Assembly (NCBI GenBank): GCA_963733055.1
Contig: CAVTBR010000002.1
Coordinates: 288,001-352,000 of the forward strand
Direction of reading: 5' to 3'
From: Candidatus Bathyarchaeota archaeon
GTDB lineage: Archaea; Thermoproteota; Bathyarchaeia; 40CM-2-53-6
DNA: 64,000 nt
The notes under the pieces are model-generated. The model made no database searches, had not been told where the DNA came from, and saw only the letters and a list, made by a program, of their open reading frames with translations. A program made the position numbers and the translations under genes. Below are positions 30,803 through 40,814 of the stretch, in pieces (within the stretch, counting starts at the first letter, position 1; every line of letters begins with the position of its first letter).

Positions 30803-30826
30803 TTCAACGGGCATGCTGCCATCGCC
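30803..30826 (+). repeat. att-like direct repeat of SRP RNA 3' end (copy 4)
   Basis: TTCAACGGGCATGCTGCCATCGCC vs 22360-22383 TTCAACGGGGATGCTGCCACCGCC (22/24). Confidence 0.85.
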
Positions 30827-30935
30827 GTTTAATTATCCGTTGGAAGCTGTGAGATTTTGCAACGTAAGCAGTCGTGGTCGGAATGTCTGGGAAGATTTAA
30901 CACTCCGGTCATGCAAAGGCGCGCGGTCGATTGAA

Positions 30936-31181
30936 TTGGTTCTAAATCCGGTAATCGTACTGAACCTGCTGTTCGATCTGGGCATACTCCTTCTGAGCAT
31001 TTTCGTTTACAAAGAGAAGAAAAGCCCGTTGGCATTGTGGGTGGCGATTGCTTTCTGCATCTTCGCCCTCTCATACACGCTGACTATTCTGGGACTCGGA
31101 AGTCAAACTATTCTGATTCCGCTCAGGTCGCTCGGTTACTTGTCCGTCATGGCCGGCCTCATTCTACAACTGAAAAAGTGA
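30936..31181 (+). CDS. Small 3-TM membrane protein
   Basis: Hydrophobic C-terminal 81 aa of ORF 30585-31181; start reassigned. Confidence 0.6.
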   Translation: MVLNPVIVLNLLFDLGILLLSIFVYKEKKSPLALWVAIAFCIFALSYTLTILGLGSQTILIPLRSLGYLSVMAGLILQLKK

Positions 31182-32673
31182 CCGTGATTGGCCCATGCTC
31201 TTTCGTCTTCGAAAGAAGACCACGCTTAGCAAGCCAAAGGCGACACCCAGCCCGATGCTCACCAATGAGAACGCTGGGATGGGGAGAAACCTTGTTCCGC
31301 TCGTCGTAGTCGTCACTGTGGTTGTATTTGCTGGGAAGGGATACAACGGGAGTACGAGCGGTGCGCGGGGGCTCTGTGTGAAGTCGAAGTCTTGCATCAA
31401 ATCTCCTAAGAGTGGCGAGTTTTCGCGTACATCGGGTCTCGAGTCGGGTCTTCCATCGTTATTCGGGTCCAGGCGTTGACCGTTTAGGAAGATGTCTTCA
31501 ATGAATTTCAGGTAGGAGTCGAAGCTTAGGTTCTGGTGGTCAATGAAACCCTGTTTCGCGTAGGGGCTAATCACGATTGCTGGAACAGCGGAAGCCGTAG
31601 CCGTTCTGGTCCGCGACTGGTGGCACGACGTGATCGTAGAAACCGCCCCAGTCATCCCAGGTGAGGAAAATTGCGGTGGTGCCCCATTCAGGACTTTGCA
31701 TTATCGCGTTCACCAGACCCGTCACGTAAGCCTGCCCGCGACTCACTAGAGACGGCGGATGCTCACTATCCCTCCCGTTTGGTATAATCCATGAAACCGA
31801 CGGCAACGTCCCATTGTCCAACGCCGCGTAAAGGTTCTTGAGATTCTGAACGTTCGCCAACTGCGCGTCTTGATGTACTGTCTGAAAGTCTGGAAGCGGA
31901 TTCCAGATCTCAGGAACTCCAGTAGGGTTAGTCACAGTCGCGCAATCGCCATCATAACAATCATCAGGGTCTCTAGTGGCGCCTCCATCGACGTAGTAAG
32001 CCCAGCTGACATTGTGTTTCGACAGCAGATACGTGACATCAGTCCACGCATACCCTGCCGTGTGGTTCGCGTATTTGCGATCGGGTTGATTCAGATTGCT
32101 TACACAACTCATAGGGTCTTGTGGACTGGTGCATGACGCCGACCATCCCGAGACGAGGTAGAGGTGGGAGGGCAGACTCCATGAGGCGACCGGCTCGAAC
32201 ATATGATCCTGCAGAACAAAGTTGTTCGCATATGCCCAGTAGTTTGGTATCTGGCTTCCATCGTGGTAACCCATAACGTCGGGCGGGACACTTGGGTTGC
32301 ACTCCGGGTTGTTTGGGTGGGTGGTGCAATCCGCTATCGCCTGCCCAATGAAACCGTCAAGTTTCCCGCCGTCTAAGTCAGCGACAGAATCTGAAGCGGC
32401 ATGAGGGCCGCCAATGTTGAGATCATTCGGGTCCCTGTACGGCTTAACGCAGGCTCCAGTCAAGGGGTCTGGAACGCAGACGGTTGGCACGCCATTTTGC
32501 ATCGGAATCCCATCCGCTCCCGGGTAAGTGCCAAAGTAAGAATCAAAGGAGCGGTTCTCCTGCATGATAATTATAACATGTTGAATGGGATTGGTCGGGG
32601 CTGAGGCGCCTGATGAAATCGAGACACTGCTAACAAGGAGAACAGTTGCAACCAACAATGCAATCAGCTTCAC
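31164..32673 (-). CDS. Phospholipase C/phosphoesterase family exported enzyme with C-terminal membrane anchor (+1 indel about 31587)
   Basis: IMQENRSFDSYFG, TWDDWGGFYDHV, GFR/VPAIVISPY split across frames; tail IPAFS-TM-RRRK. Confidence 0.88.
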
Positions 32674-32808
32674 AGTGTTCCACTCCGTTTAGGGTTCCCT
32701 GCAAAATAGCGGCGAGAACAAAAATCCTTGTGGACGAATCATCCATGACACTCACTCTTCCCAACCTCCGCCCAATGGAATGAGGGGCCTTCTACACTTT
32801 GCATTGCA

Positions 32809-33981
32809 TCATGCGATTATGTTCGACTCGTAATGCCCAGCAAGCGACTTCCCTTCGATGAACCTGTTAGCGGAGAATGGAGCTAGGCTGTCAGGCTTGT
32901 TGCGGCTCAGAACGAATTGAGCCATCCGTTTTCCCACTGCGGGAGAGAGTTTGAAGCCATGGCCACTGAAGCCAGCGGCTATGTACAACCCCTCGACCTC
33001 TGAGGATTCATCAAGAATCGGGTGCCAATCAGGAGTCACATCGTAGGCTCCCGCCCAACCCCTCTCCCACCGCCCACGAGCCATCGCGGGTAAACGGTTT
33101 ACGAGTTTCTTAGAGTAGATTTCGACGGTTTCGTAATCAACACCCTCGCAATTGTCTGGGTCAGCGACCTCCGGTAAGTTCGACTCCAACGACCCAGTAA
33201 GAAGCCTATCGGGCCCTTTGGGGCAGAAGTAGAAGCCGCTTGTGAAGTCGCCCCAAACGGTCAATTTCGTTGTCAAGTCAGGAGGCTTGAGGAAGATGCA
33301 ACTCTGTTCCTTCAGAACACGAATTGGAAGTTTCGAGTGTTCCGGAGGCATGATCTGATTAGCCCAAGCGTTCGCAGCGTTCACGACCCGACCGGCCGCT
33401 ATCTCACCCTTCTCAGTCCGAACTCCTCTGACCTTGCCTGCAGATTCCAAGATCTCCAAAACTTTCGTCTGCTCAAGGATGTTGACCCCTAGTTTCTCCG
33501 CTGCTTTAGCGAAAGATTGGGTGGTTGCGACGGGGTCGGCGTATCCTGAACGAGGTTCATACGCAGCAGCGGCTAATCCCTCAACATTAGCATCTGGCTG
33601 AAGCTTCTTCAGCTCCGCGGGCTCGAGGACGGACGTCTCAATGCCCAAGCTCCGCTGCATCTTCACATTACTGCGAAGGGCCTCCTCGTCCTTGCTTCCA
33701 ACTGCCAACGTGAAACCGGTTCGCATGAAACTAGCATCTCCTCCGACGGAATCCGGAAAACTCTCGAAAACCTTCAAACTCTCCAAAGCCATCCCGGCCG
33801 TTTCCGGGTTGCTGTAATGTTGGCGAACAATAGCAGTTGATCGACCTGTAGTGCCCCACGCAATATGTTGACGTTCGATGAGAATTATCTTCAGACTAGG
33901 GTTTAGTTTCGCGGCGTGAAAAGCTGTGCTGCAGCCTATGCAGCCGCCACCTACGATTACTATGTCCGCGGAGTCGCTCAT
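32809..33981 (-). CDS. FAD-dependent oxidoreductase (DAO/sarcosine oxidase beta-like)
   Basis: IVGGGCIG, GYADP, YDVTPDWHPI, GFSGHGFKLSP. Confidence 0.9.
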   Translation of the reverse strand: MSDSADIVIVGGGCIGCSTAFHAAKLNPSLKIILIERQHIAWGTTGRSTAIVRQHYSNPETAGMALESLKVFESFPDSVGGDASFMRTGFTLAVGSKDEEALRSNVKMQRSLGIETSVLEPAELKKLQPDANVEGLAAAAYEPRSGYADPVATTQSFAKAAEKLGVNILEQTKVLEILESAGKVRGVRTEKGEIAAGRVVNAANAWANQIMPPEHSKLPIRVLKEQSCIFLKPPDLTTKLTVWGDFTSGFYFCPKGPDRLLTGSLESNLPEVADPDNCEGVDYETVEIYSKKLVNRLPAMARGRWERGWAGAYDVTPDWHPILDESSEVEGLYIAAGFSGHGFKLSPAVGKRMAQFVLSRNKPDSLAPFSANRFIEGKSLAGHYESNIIA

Positions 33982-34153
33982 TGTCCGTACACCGATTGAT
34001 TATCAGCCCGACGGTATATTTACGGTCTCTCAGTGATTCTCGACAGGTAATAGCAAATGCAATCTAAACGGGCGTAAGAGAAACGGTCAGGAGTGTTCTT
34101 TAGTTTCAATTGAAGATGCGCTCGCCATTGCGAGTTGGTCGACGCTGAAGAGT

Positions 34154-35308
34154 TTGATTGACCGCGATGCATACACTTCCCTCTTCTTCTCTAGAACAAT
34201 TTACGCGGTCAACTGGTATAACATCGCAGCTCTTTTCACGTTCATAGCACTCGATTTCAAGCTGAATGTTTCAGGCCTGGGAGTTGTCTCAGCTTGTTTC
34301 TATATTGGCGTCGGATTATTCCAAGTTCCCGGCGGCATCGTTGCAGCCAAGTATGGCGCAAGGAACATAGCTATCGTGGGCGTGCTGATTGCATCGGTCG
34401 CGGTTCTCCTTACCGCCATCACTTCCGATTTCTATCAACTCATTCTACTCAGGTTCATAGTTGGAGTAGGTTCTGCCTTTTTCTTTGCTCCCGGAGTAAC
34501 GTTGATTGCCCGAACTTTTCGGCGAGAGTCTCAGGGATTTGGGGTAGGCACTTTTCAGAGTGCCTTCTACGTTGGTGGGACTCTAGGTCTCTTCGCGTGG
34601 TCGGTTCTGGCCGAGATGGGTGGCTGGAGATTCAGCCTGATAACGAGTGGCGCGTTGAGTCTCTTGGGAGGCGTACTCATTTTCCTAAAGGTCCCGAAGG
34701 ATGAGCTGCGTTCGGACTTCGTAATTAAGACTGAAGATCTGCGTAGGATTCTCTCGAACCGATGGCTAGTTCTGATCTCGATTGAATTGTTCGGGTTCGG
34801 GTCGGGCACGTTTCTCATCAACAGCTTCATGGTATACTACCTTGAACAGTCGCTTCATCTCAGCCCAAGCTTCGCGGGCATAATCGGTAGCCTCGCCCCG
34901 TTATGTGCAATAATCTCTTCGCCACTGTGCGGGATGCTTTACGCTAAGACCAAAAACGCTCGGTTGCTACTCTTCTCTTTGGGAGTGATGTTGGCAGCGG
35001 CATTGGTACTGGACGCTGTAGGCAGCGTACCATTTGCGGCAGTTTCAAGCGTTCTTGCGGGGTTCGGTAGCGGTGCATTCACGGTTGGGTATTTGGCAGC
35101 GCGTGATAGCATGGCCGCGTCAGTCGAATACGAATCCCTGGCGGTCAGCTGGGTAAACACCATTCAGATGCTAGCCGGCTTTGTCTCCCCGATAATATTC
35201 TCCTTACTGGTACTGTCGTTCGGCTACGGGTTTTCATGGTTGACTGGTGGGCTGTACACCTTAGTTCTGATTTCGACGATCCTTTACCCGGTAAGAAGTA
35301 AGCGTTAA
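34154..35308 (+). CDS. MFS transporter
   Basis: 12 TM pattern; GIVAAKYGARN motif-A-like. Confidence 0.88.
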   Translation: MIDRDAYTSLFFSRTIYAVNWYNIAALFTFIALDFKLNVSGLGVVSACFYIGVGLFQVPGGIVAAKYGARNIAIVGVLIASVAVLLTAITSDFYQLILLRFIVGVGSAFFFAPGVTLIARTFRRESQGFGVGTFQSAFYVGGTLGLFAWSVLAEMGGWRFSLITSGALSLLGGVLIFLKVPKDELRSDFVIKTEDLRRILSNRWLVLISIELFGFGSGTFLINSFMVYYLEQSLHLSPSFAGIIGSLAPLCAIISSPLCGMLYAKTKNARLLLFSLGVMLAAALVLDAVGSVPFAAVSSVLAGFGSGAFTVGYLAARDSMAASVEYESLAVSWVNTIQMLAGFVSPIIFSLLVLSFGYGFSWLTGGLYTLVLISTILYPVRSKR

Positions 35309-35406
35309 AGCGAGAGATACCGATAGCTTTCATGTTCCCCTATCTTAACGCTTAATACGGCGAATCCGTTAGCCTATCGAAAATCAACGAACAAGGGTCT
35401 GTGCTC

Positions 35407-35985
35407 ATGAGTAGGAAACCACCTGAGATCAAAGTGTTCGATAAATGGGAAACAGAAAACATCGAGGTCACAGATCCCGGACTGGAGAAGTATCTTTCCT
35501 CCAAACCAATTCTCTACCCTCACAGTGGTGGACGACATGAACACAAGCGCTTCCGCAAGTCCCAGCTGAACATTGTAGAACGCCTCGTCGATAACATGAT
35601 GCGCCCCGGCAGGGTTGGCGGCAAGAAGGCGAAAGCGATTGGGATCGTACGAAACGCTATGGAAATCATCAACCTGAAGACCGGCAGGAACCCGATTGAA
35701 GTTTTGGTCAAAGCGGTTGAGAATACCGCGCCCGCCGAGGACGTTACACGAGTCGCCTACGGTGGAATCGTCTACCCAATCTCAGTTGACATCGCCCCTC
35801 AGAGAAGAATCGATATCGCGCTACGTTTCATGACTGATGGTGCACGCAAGGGGGCTTACAGTAACCCAAAAACTATCGACGAATGCCTCGCCGAAGAACT
35901 CGTGTACGCTTCCCAAAGGGACAATCGAAGCTTCGCGGTGAAGAAACGCGACGAGATGGAACGAGTAGCTTTAGCCTCGCGTTAA
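35407..35985 (+). CDS. rps7: 30S ribosomal protein S7 (uS7)
   Basis: FRKSQLNIVERL, NPIEVLVKAVEN, VDIAPQRRID, KRDEMERVA. Confidence 0.97.
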   Translation: MSRKPPEIKVFDKWETENIEVTDPGLEKYLSSKPILYPHSGGRHEHKRFRKSQLNIVERLVDNMMRPGRVGGKKAKAIGIVRNAMEIINLKTGRNPIEVLVKAVENTAPAEDVTRVAYGGIVYPISVDIAPQRRIDIALRFMTDGARKGAYSNPKTIDECLAEELVYASQRDNRSFAVKKRDEMERVALASR

Positions 35986-36116
35986 ACGTGGCCTATCGCA
36001 AATTTCTTTCTCGAAGCAAGTTTCTTGAACGTTTTTCGTTATTCAATCCGTTCTAAGCCTTAAATACTGGGTGCAGGGTCTTGATTTGCGAATCAAAATC
36101 GTTGGAAAGATGAAGA

Positions 36117-37442
36117 ATGTCTTCAGCAAAGAAACCGCACCTTAACCTGATCATCATAGGCCACGTCGACCATGGCAAGAGCACCATGACTGGCCACTTG
36201 CTATTCGACACGGGCAACGTGGACGAGAAGACCATCGCCAAGTACGCAGACGAATCAACCAAGCTTGGCAAGGGAGATACTTTCAAGTTCGCATTCGTCC
36301 TCGACACATTGAAGGAAGAGAGAGAACGTGGGGTTACGATCGACCTTCGGTTCGAGAAATTTGAAACTGACAAGGTCTTCTTCACAATCATCGACGCACC
36401 AGGCCATCGGGACTTCATCAAGAACATGATCACAGGCACGAGCCAAGCTGACGCAGCCATACTCGTTGTGTCAGGGAAGAAAGGAGAATTCGAAGTTGGC
36501 GTCGGGCCAGGAGGCCAAAGCCGAGAACACGCCTACCTAGCCAGAACCCTTGGAGTCGCACAACTCGCAGTCGCCATCAACAAGATGGATGACTCCACAG
36601 TCAACTTCTCGGAGGAGAGATTCAAGGAATGCACAAAAGAACTGGAGGCGTTGCTGAAGGTCGTTGGATACGACGTCTCCAAGATTAAATTCGTACCGGT
36701 GTCTGGCTGGAAAGGAGACAACCTGATCAAAGCGTCGCCAAACATGCCATGGTACAAGGGGCCAACTCTACTCGACGTGTTGAACACGTTCACCGAGCCG
36801 CCCAAACCAACTGACAAGCCCCTCCGCGTCCCAGTTCAAGACGTCTACTCAATCACCGGCATCGGCACAGTCCCAGTGGGCCGAGTAGAAACTGGAATCC
36901 TCAAGGTAGGTGATAGCATAGTCTTCATGCCCGCCAACGCAAGAGGCGAGTGCAAAGACATCGAAACCCACCACACTAAGATCCCGGAGGCCCTACCAGG
37001 AGACAACATAGGCTTCAACGTAAGAGGCATCGGGAAGACCGACGTCCACAGGGGCGATGTGGCGGGACACGCAGACAAACCCCCAACCGTCGCAGCCGAA
37101 TTCTTGGGACAAATAATCATAGTCTTCCACCCAACCGCAATAGCGGCAGGTTACACACCAGTGCTCCACGCACACACCGCCACGACCTCGGCCACATTCA
37201 CAGAACTCGTCTCTAAGATGGATGCGCGTACAGGTCAGGTGACTCAAGAGAAGCCGGACTTCCTCAAGACAGGCGATGCGGCCATGGTGAAGATCAGACC
37301 CCTCCGACCGCTTGCAATCGAAGCTTACTCAGATATTCCACAGCTAGGAAGATTCGCAATCCGCGACATGGGCAGCACGGTTGCCGTAGGCGTAGTTAAG
37401 CAGGTCACCGAAAAAGCACAGCTGTCTGAGAAGAAAGCCTAA
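36117..37442 (+). CDS. tuf: Elongation factor 1-alpha
   Basis: GHVDHGKST, ERERGVTID, DAPGHRDF, NKMD, GRFAIRDMG. Confidence 0.98.
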   Translation: MSSAKKPHLNLIIIGHVDHGKSTMTGHLLFDTGNVDEKTIAKYADESTKLGKGDTFKFAFVLDTLKEERERGVTIDLRFEKFETDKVFFTIIDAPGHRDFIKNMITGTSQADAAILVVSGKKGEFEVGVGPGGQSREHAYLARTLGVAQLAVAINKMDDSTVNFSEERFKECTKELEALLKVVGYDVSKIKFVPVSGWKGDNLIKASPNMPWYKGPTLLDVLNTFTEPPKPTDKPLRVPVQDVYSITGIGTVPVGRVETGILKVGDSIVFMPANARGECKDIETHHTKIPEALPGDNIGFNVRGIGKTDVHRGDVAGHADKPPTVAAEFLGQIIIVFHPTAIAAGYTPVLHAHTATTSATFTELVSKMDARTGQVTQEKPDFLKTGDAAMVKIRPLRPLAIEAYSDIPQLGRFAIRDMGSTVAVGVVKQVTEKAQLSEKKA

Positions 37443-37677
37443 ACTTCTCAGCCCTCAAAATTTTCTTTTGACTCCTACGCTTAGCTGGGGCTAAGTTCAA
37501 TCGATTCACAGGAACAAAATTACCTGAAGAAATCAGAATGCACACGAGTTACCCAACCGCAATGCCAGCTAATGTCCAGCGGAAATCGTCGAAGAAATCC
37601 GTTGGCAGCCTCCGAACTCTTTTTAAACGCCACGCAGAGGTAGGGCCATGTTTCACATCTGAATAGGTCGAAGAACG

Positions 37678-37986
37678 TTGCCAAACAAAGCCCGGATTCG
37701 TCTGTCAAGCACTGATCCTCAGGGCTTGAACAGCATTTGCGGCGAGATCATGAAGATCGCCGAACGTACCGGTGTGAAACTCCGCGGACCGATCCCGTTG
37801 CCGACAAAAAGGCTCTGGGTCCCAACGCGAAAGAGCCCCTGTGGTGAAGGAACTCATACGTGGGATAGTTGGGAGATGCGGATCCACAAGCGACTGATCG
37901 ATGTTGACCCGAACGAACGCTTTCTCAAACGCTTGATGCGCATTCAAACGCCTGAAAAAGTCTTTATCGAAATCGAACTTCTATAA
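37678..37986 (+). CDS. rps10: 30S ribosomal protein S10 (uS10)
   Basis: [27 protein letters not shown]. Confidence 0.97.
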   Translation: MPNKARIRLSSTDPQGLNSICGEIMKIAERTGVKLRGPIPLPTKRLWVPTRKSPCGEGTHTWDSWEMRIHKRLIDVDPNERFLKRLMRIQTPEKVFIEIELL

Positions 37987-38008
37987 ACTTCTATAAACTT
38001 CCGCGTGC

Positions 38009-38296
38009 TTACTTCACGAGTTTGTTGATCTTACTGGCCAGCTTGAAATCCTTCATTGTTAGTCCGCCCTCATCGTGAGTCGTGAGTGCGAGCCTTACCC
38101 GATTGTAATTTATGGTGATGTCTGGGTGATGGTTGGCGGCCTCCGCTAGCCTCGCGACCCTGTTAACGAATCGGATAGCCGCTATGAAGTCAGGGAATTC
38201 GACCCTTCTTGAAATCATCTGACCCCTTAATGTCCAGTTTACCAGCTTGGCGACTTCCGCTCGGGCTCTTTTGCGGGATAATTTCACTGTGGACAT
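38009..38296 (-). CDS. Pterin-4-alpha-carbinolamine dehydratase
   Basis: AEAANHHPDI, LTTHDEGGLT..DF.LA. Confidence 0.9.
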   Translation of the reverse strand: MSTVKLSRKRARAEVAKLVNWTLRGQMISRRVEFPDFIAAIRFVNRVARLAEAANHHPDITINYNRVRLALTTHDEGGLTMKDFKLASKINKLVK

Positions 38297-38298
38297 CC

Positions 38299-39367
38299 TC
38301 ATGCGTGCTCGTAAATGTTCGAGGTTTGCACTCCGCGGCTCTGAATTTCCTGATCGATCTGTCTGAGTAGGAGTAGGCGTTTGTAGGTGGGGGGATGGGT
38401 GGCGAATGCCTGGTTTACGGTTCCCCATCTTGATTTTGCCTCCTGCTCCATGGCCAACTCGAGCTCATGCTCATCCAAAACTCCGTCCTTGTTCAAGTCG
38501 TACTTGTTAACGTGTTCCATAACCTGAGCCATCTCTTGTTTCGCGAGCGCCGGGTCGGAGATGTAGAGTGCGCGGGCTCCGTGTGGTTCTTCGGGGCTAA
38601 GCGAGAGCCCATAAGTTATGCGCGCCAACGCGCTTTCCAGTTCTCTCGGCGCCGCAGTAAGATAAGCCGAGAAGGCGTCCGCGGTAAGATTCCCTCAAAC
38701 GACTCAACCGGAGTACGAGTAGTTGAGCTACGAAATAGACAACGAGAGCAACTACTCCCGCGAGAATAATGTACGCCGCACCGTTGTCCTTACTGCTCCT
38801 CCGGCCTCCCATCCCACCATAATATCCGAACCCGAAAGCCATCCGAACAATCACATAGGCCACGAGCGGGACGGCCGACATGAATGTCATGATGATTGAG
38901 TCCTTGTGGCGAATGTGACCAATCTCATGACCTAGGACACCTTGAATCTCATCCTCATTCAGCTGATCGAGCAGGCCCTGGTTTACGGCGAGCGTCATGT
39001 TGTTAGAGGAATTCCCGAAAACGAATGCGTTCGGTGTCCTATCTGGAACGATTGCGAGGCGGGGTTGTTTAACTCCGGCCTGCTGAGCCAGCTTCGCTAC
39101 TAAACCCTCCAGCCAAGCGTTCTCGCCCGGCTGCAGGTAACGGAGCCTAGTGCTCCACCTGACGATCGACGGGCTAATTGCAAATTGAATGAGCATGAAG
39201 AATAGAGCGAGGACGAATGCGCCAATCAAAGTTGACGCGGGGTCGAGCTGTAGATTTGTGGCGTAGCTGAAGAAGAATGACACCACAACTATGAAGCCAA
39301 CGAAGATTACGAGGGTGATCAGGATCGTGAAGTACATCGTACCCTTCAACTGAGCTAGGTTACCCAT
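38299..39367 (-). CDS. htpX: HtpX-like M48 zinc protease with EF-hand-like insert (+1 indel about 38684)
   Basis: PNAF, HEIGH, SRLRE/ADA across the indel, THPP..KR; DLNKDGVLDEHE loop. Confidence 0.88.
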
Positions 39368-39457
39368 TTCCGATTCGACCTACTGAAATCTCGAAGACCT
39401 AAACCACCGAGCCCATTAAAGCCTAGCTCCCCATGCTCTCCGTGCGTCGGACCCTGC

Positions 39458-40213
39458 ATGGTAGCGGTTACGAGCCAGATCAGTTGCTCTCATTGTGGAG
39501 CTCCCTTACCGGTTCAACCCGGCGAAATACTAATCACGTGCAGCTATTGCGGCTTCACAAGCGTCGTCGAAACCGGAAAAGCGTTTGAATTCGAACACTC
39601 CTTAATCCTGAATACGCTGCCGGCGACCCAGGTTTTTGATACGATAAAGGGATGGATGAAGAACAGCTTCGTGGCACCCAAAGATTTGAGCAAGAAATCT
39701 TCGGAAATCGAGCAGAACCTGGTTTACTTGCCGTTCTGGGTTGTGAGTGGCGAGGCAACTTCGCACTACAAGGGAATCTTCGAAAGAATCTCACCCCCCG
39801 AAGAGAAAGAGGGCGACATCAGCAACCGCTACGACTGGATGGTCCTCGCTCGTACGCAGGCAGACTTTCCAACCCGATCCTACCACCTTTCCCTGGAAGG
39901 AAAGATCCCCTTCGAGGCTACCAAGATTGAGAAGGGCGCGAAGGTTTTGAATAGCGAAATGAGCGCTCAAGACGCAGGCGACCATGCCCGAGGTGAAATT
40001 AGCAACCTCCACCAGTACCTAGCTAAGGATAGGGTCGACAAAATCATAGACATCAAGACGAGTTTCGATGTCTCAGGCACATACTACCTCCACGCCCCAG
40101 TCTGGTTCCTCACATACGCCTACAAGGACAAACAGTACCAGGTCCTATTGGATGGAGCCTCCGGTCAGGTCATCAAGGGCGATATGCCGGGCGAGGACTT
40201 CAAACTCATCTAA
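39458..40213 (+). CDS. Zn-ribbon protein, YdjG-like
   Basis: CSHCGA..CSYCG, YLPFW, PVW..Y.Y..K.Y...DGASGQV. Confidence 0.75.
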   Translation: MVAVTSQISCSHCGAPLPVQPGEILITCSYCGFTSVVETGKAFEFEHSLILNTLPATQVFDTIKGWMKNSFVAPKDLSKKSSEIEQNLVYLPFWVVSGEATSHYKGIFERISPPEEKEGDISNRYDWMVLARTQADFPTRSYHLSLEGKIPFEATKIEKGAKVLNSEMSAQDAGDHARGEISNLHQYLAKDRVDKIIDIKTSFDVSGTYYLHAPVWFLTYAYKDKQYQVLLDGASGQVIKGDMPGEDFKLI

Positions 40214-40273
40214 CACTTCCATCAAATGCTTAAAGGCGACAGCCCGAGACCACGTTTACGTGGTAAACTAGCC

Positions 40274-40810
40274 TTGACGGCGAAACCTCCACTTGAAAAA
40301 GTTCAGGAAAGCGAGAAACCCCTAGAACGCCTAATGCTCATTTTACCCGGCTTTCGCGGCTACAAGCTTAGGGAGCAGAGAAGAGAGGCGGACCGGATAG
40401 TTCGCGACTACATATACAAGGCCCTCGAACAATCCCGCGACGATCTAATGAGTTGCTTTCAATCACTGAGCGACTCGAAGGTGAGTGAACTGATGGAGCC
40501 CGTGAACCGGCTCATAGCTAAACTCGATACCGTGGCTGAGAAAATCAACCGAGCCTCCTATGGGTATAGCGGATTCTTCGACTCAATCAAGATTGAGGAA
40601 AACGAGCTTGACAACATGCTCGCCTATGATACTCAACTCATGGATTCGGTGCGGAAGGTCGGAGAGTTGACAGCGAACTTCAAAGCTGACCTAAACCAAG
40701 GAAAGTTTGAGAACGCAAGAAATGAACACCAACAACTGGATACCTCTGTCAGTAATCTCGAATCAGCGTTTGATCAACGTAAAGCGGTTATCGAAGGAGT
40801 GAAGGTGTAG
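40274..40810 (+). CDS. Conserved helical hypothetical protein
   Basis: PGFRGYK..EQRREAD, YGYSGFFD; co-oriented in operon. Confidence 0.75.
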   Translation: MTAKPPLEKVQESEKPLERLMLILPGFRGYKLREQRREADRIVRDYIYKALEQSRDDLMSCFQSLSDSKVSELMEPVNRLIAKLDTVAEKINRASYGYSGFFDSIKIEENELDNMLAYDTQLMDSVRKVGELTANFKADLNQGKFENARNEHQQLDTSVSNLESAFDQRKAVIEGVKV

Positions 40811-40814
40811 CAAA

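Noticed and set aside
37981-38000. CTATAAACTT tandem duplication at the rps10 stop
   Set aside because: Simple slippage or assembly duplication with no functional sign
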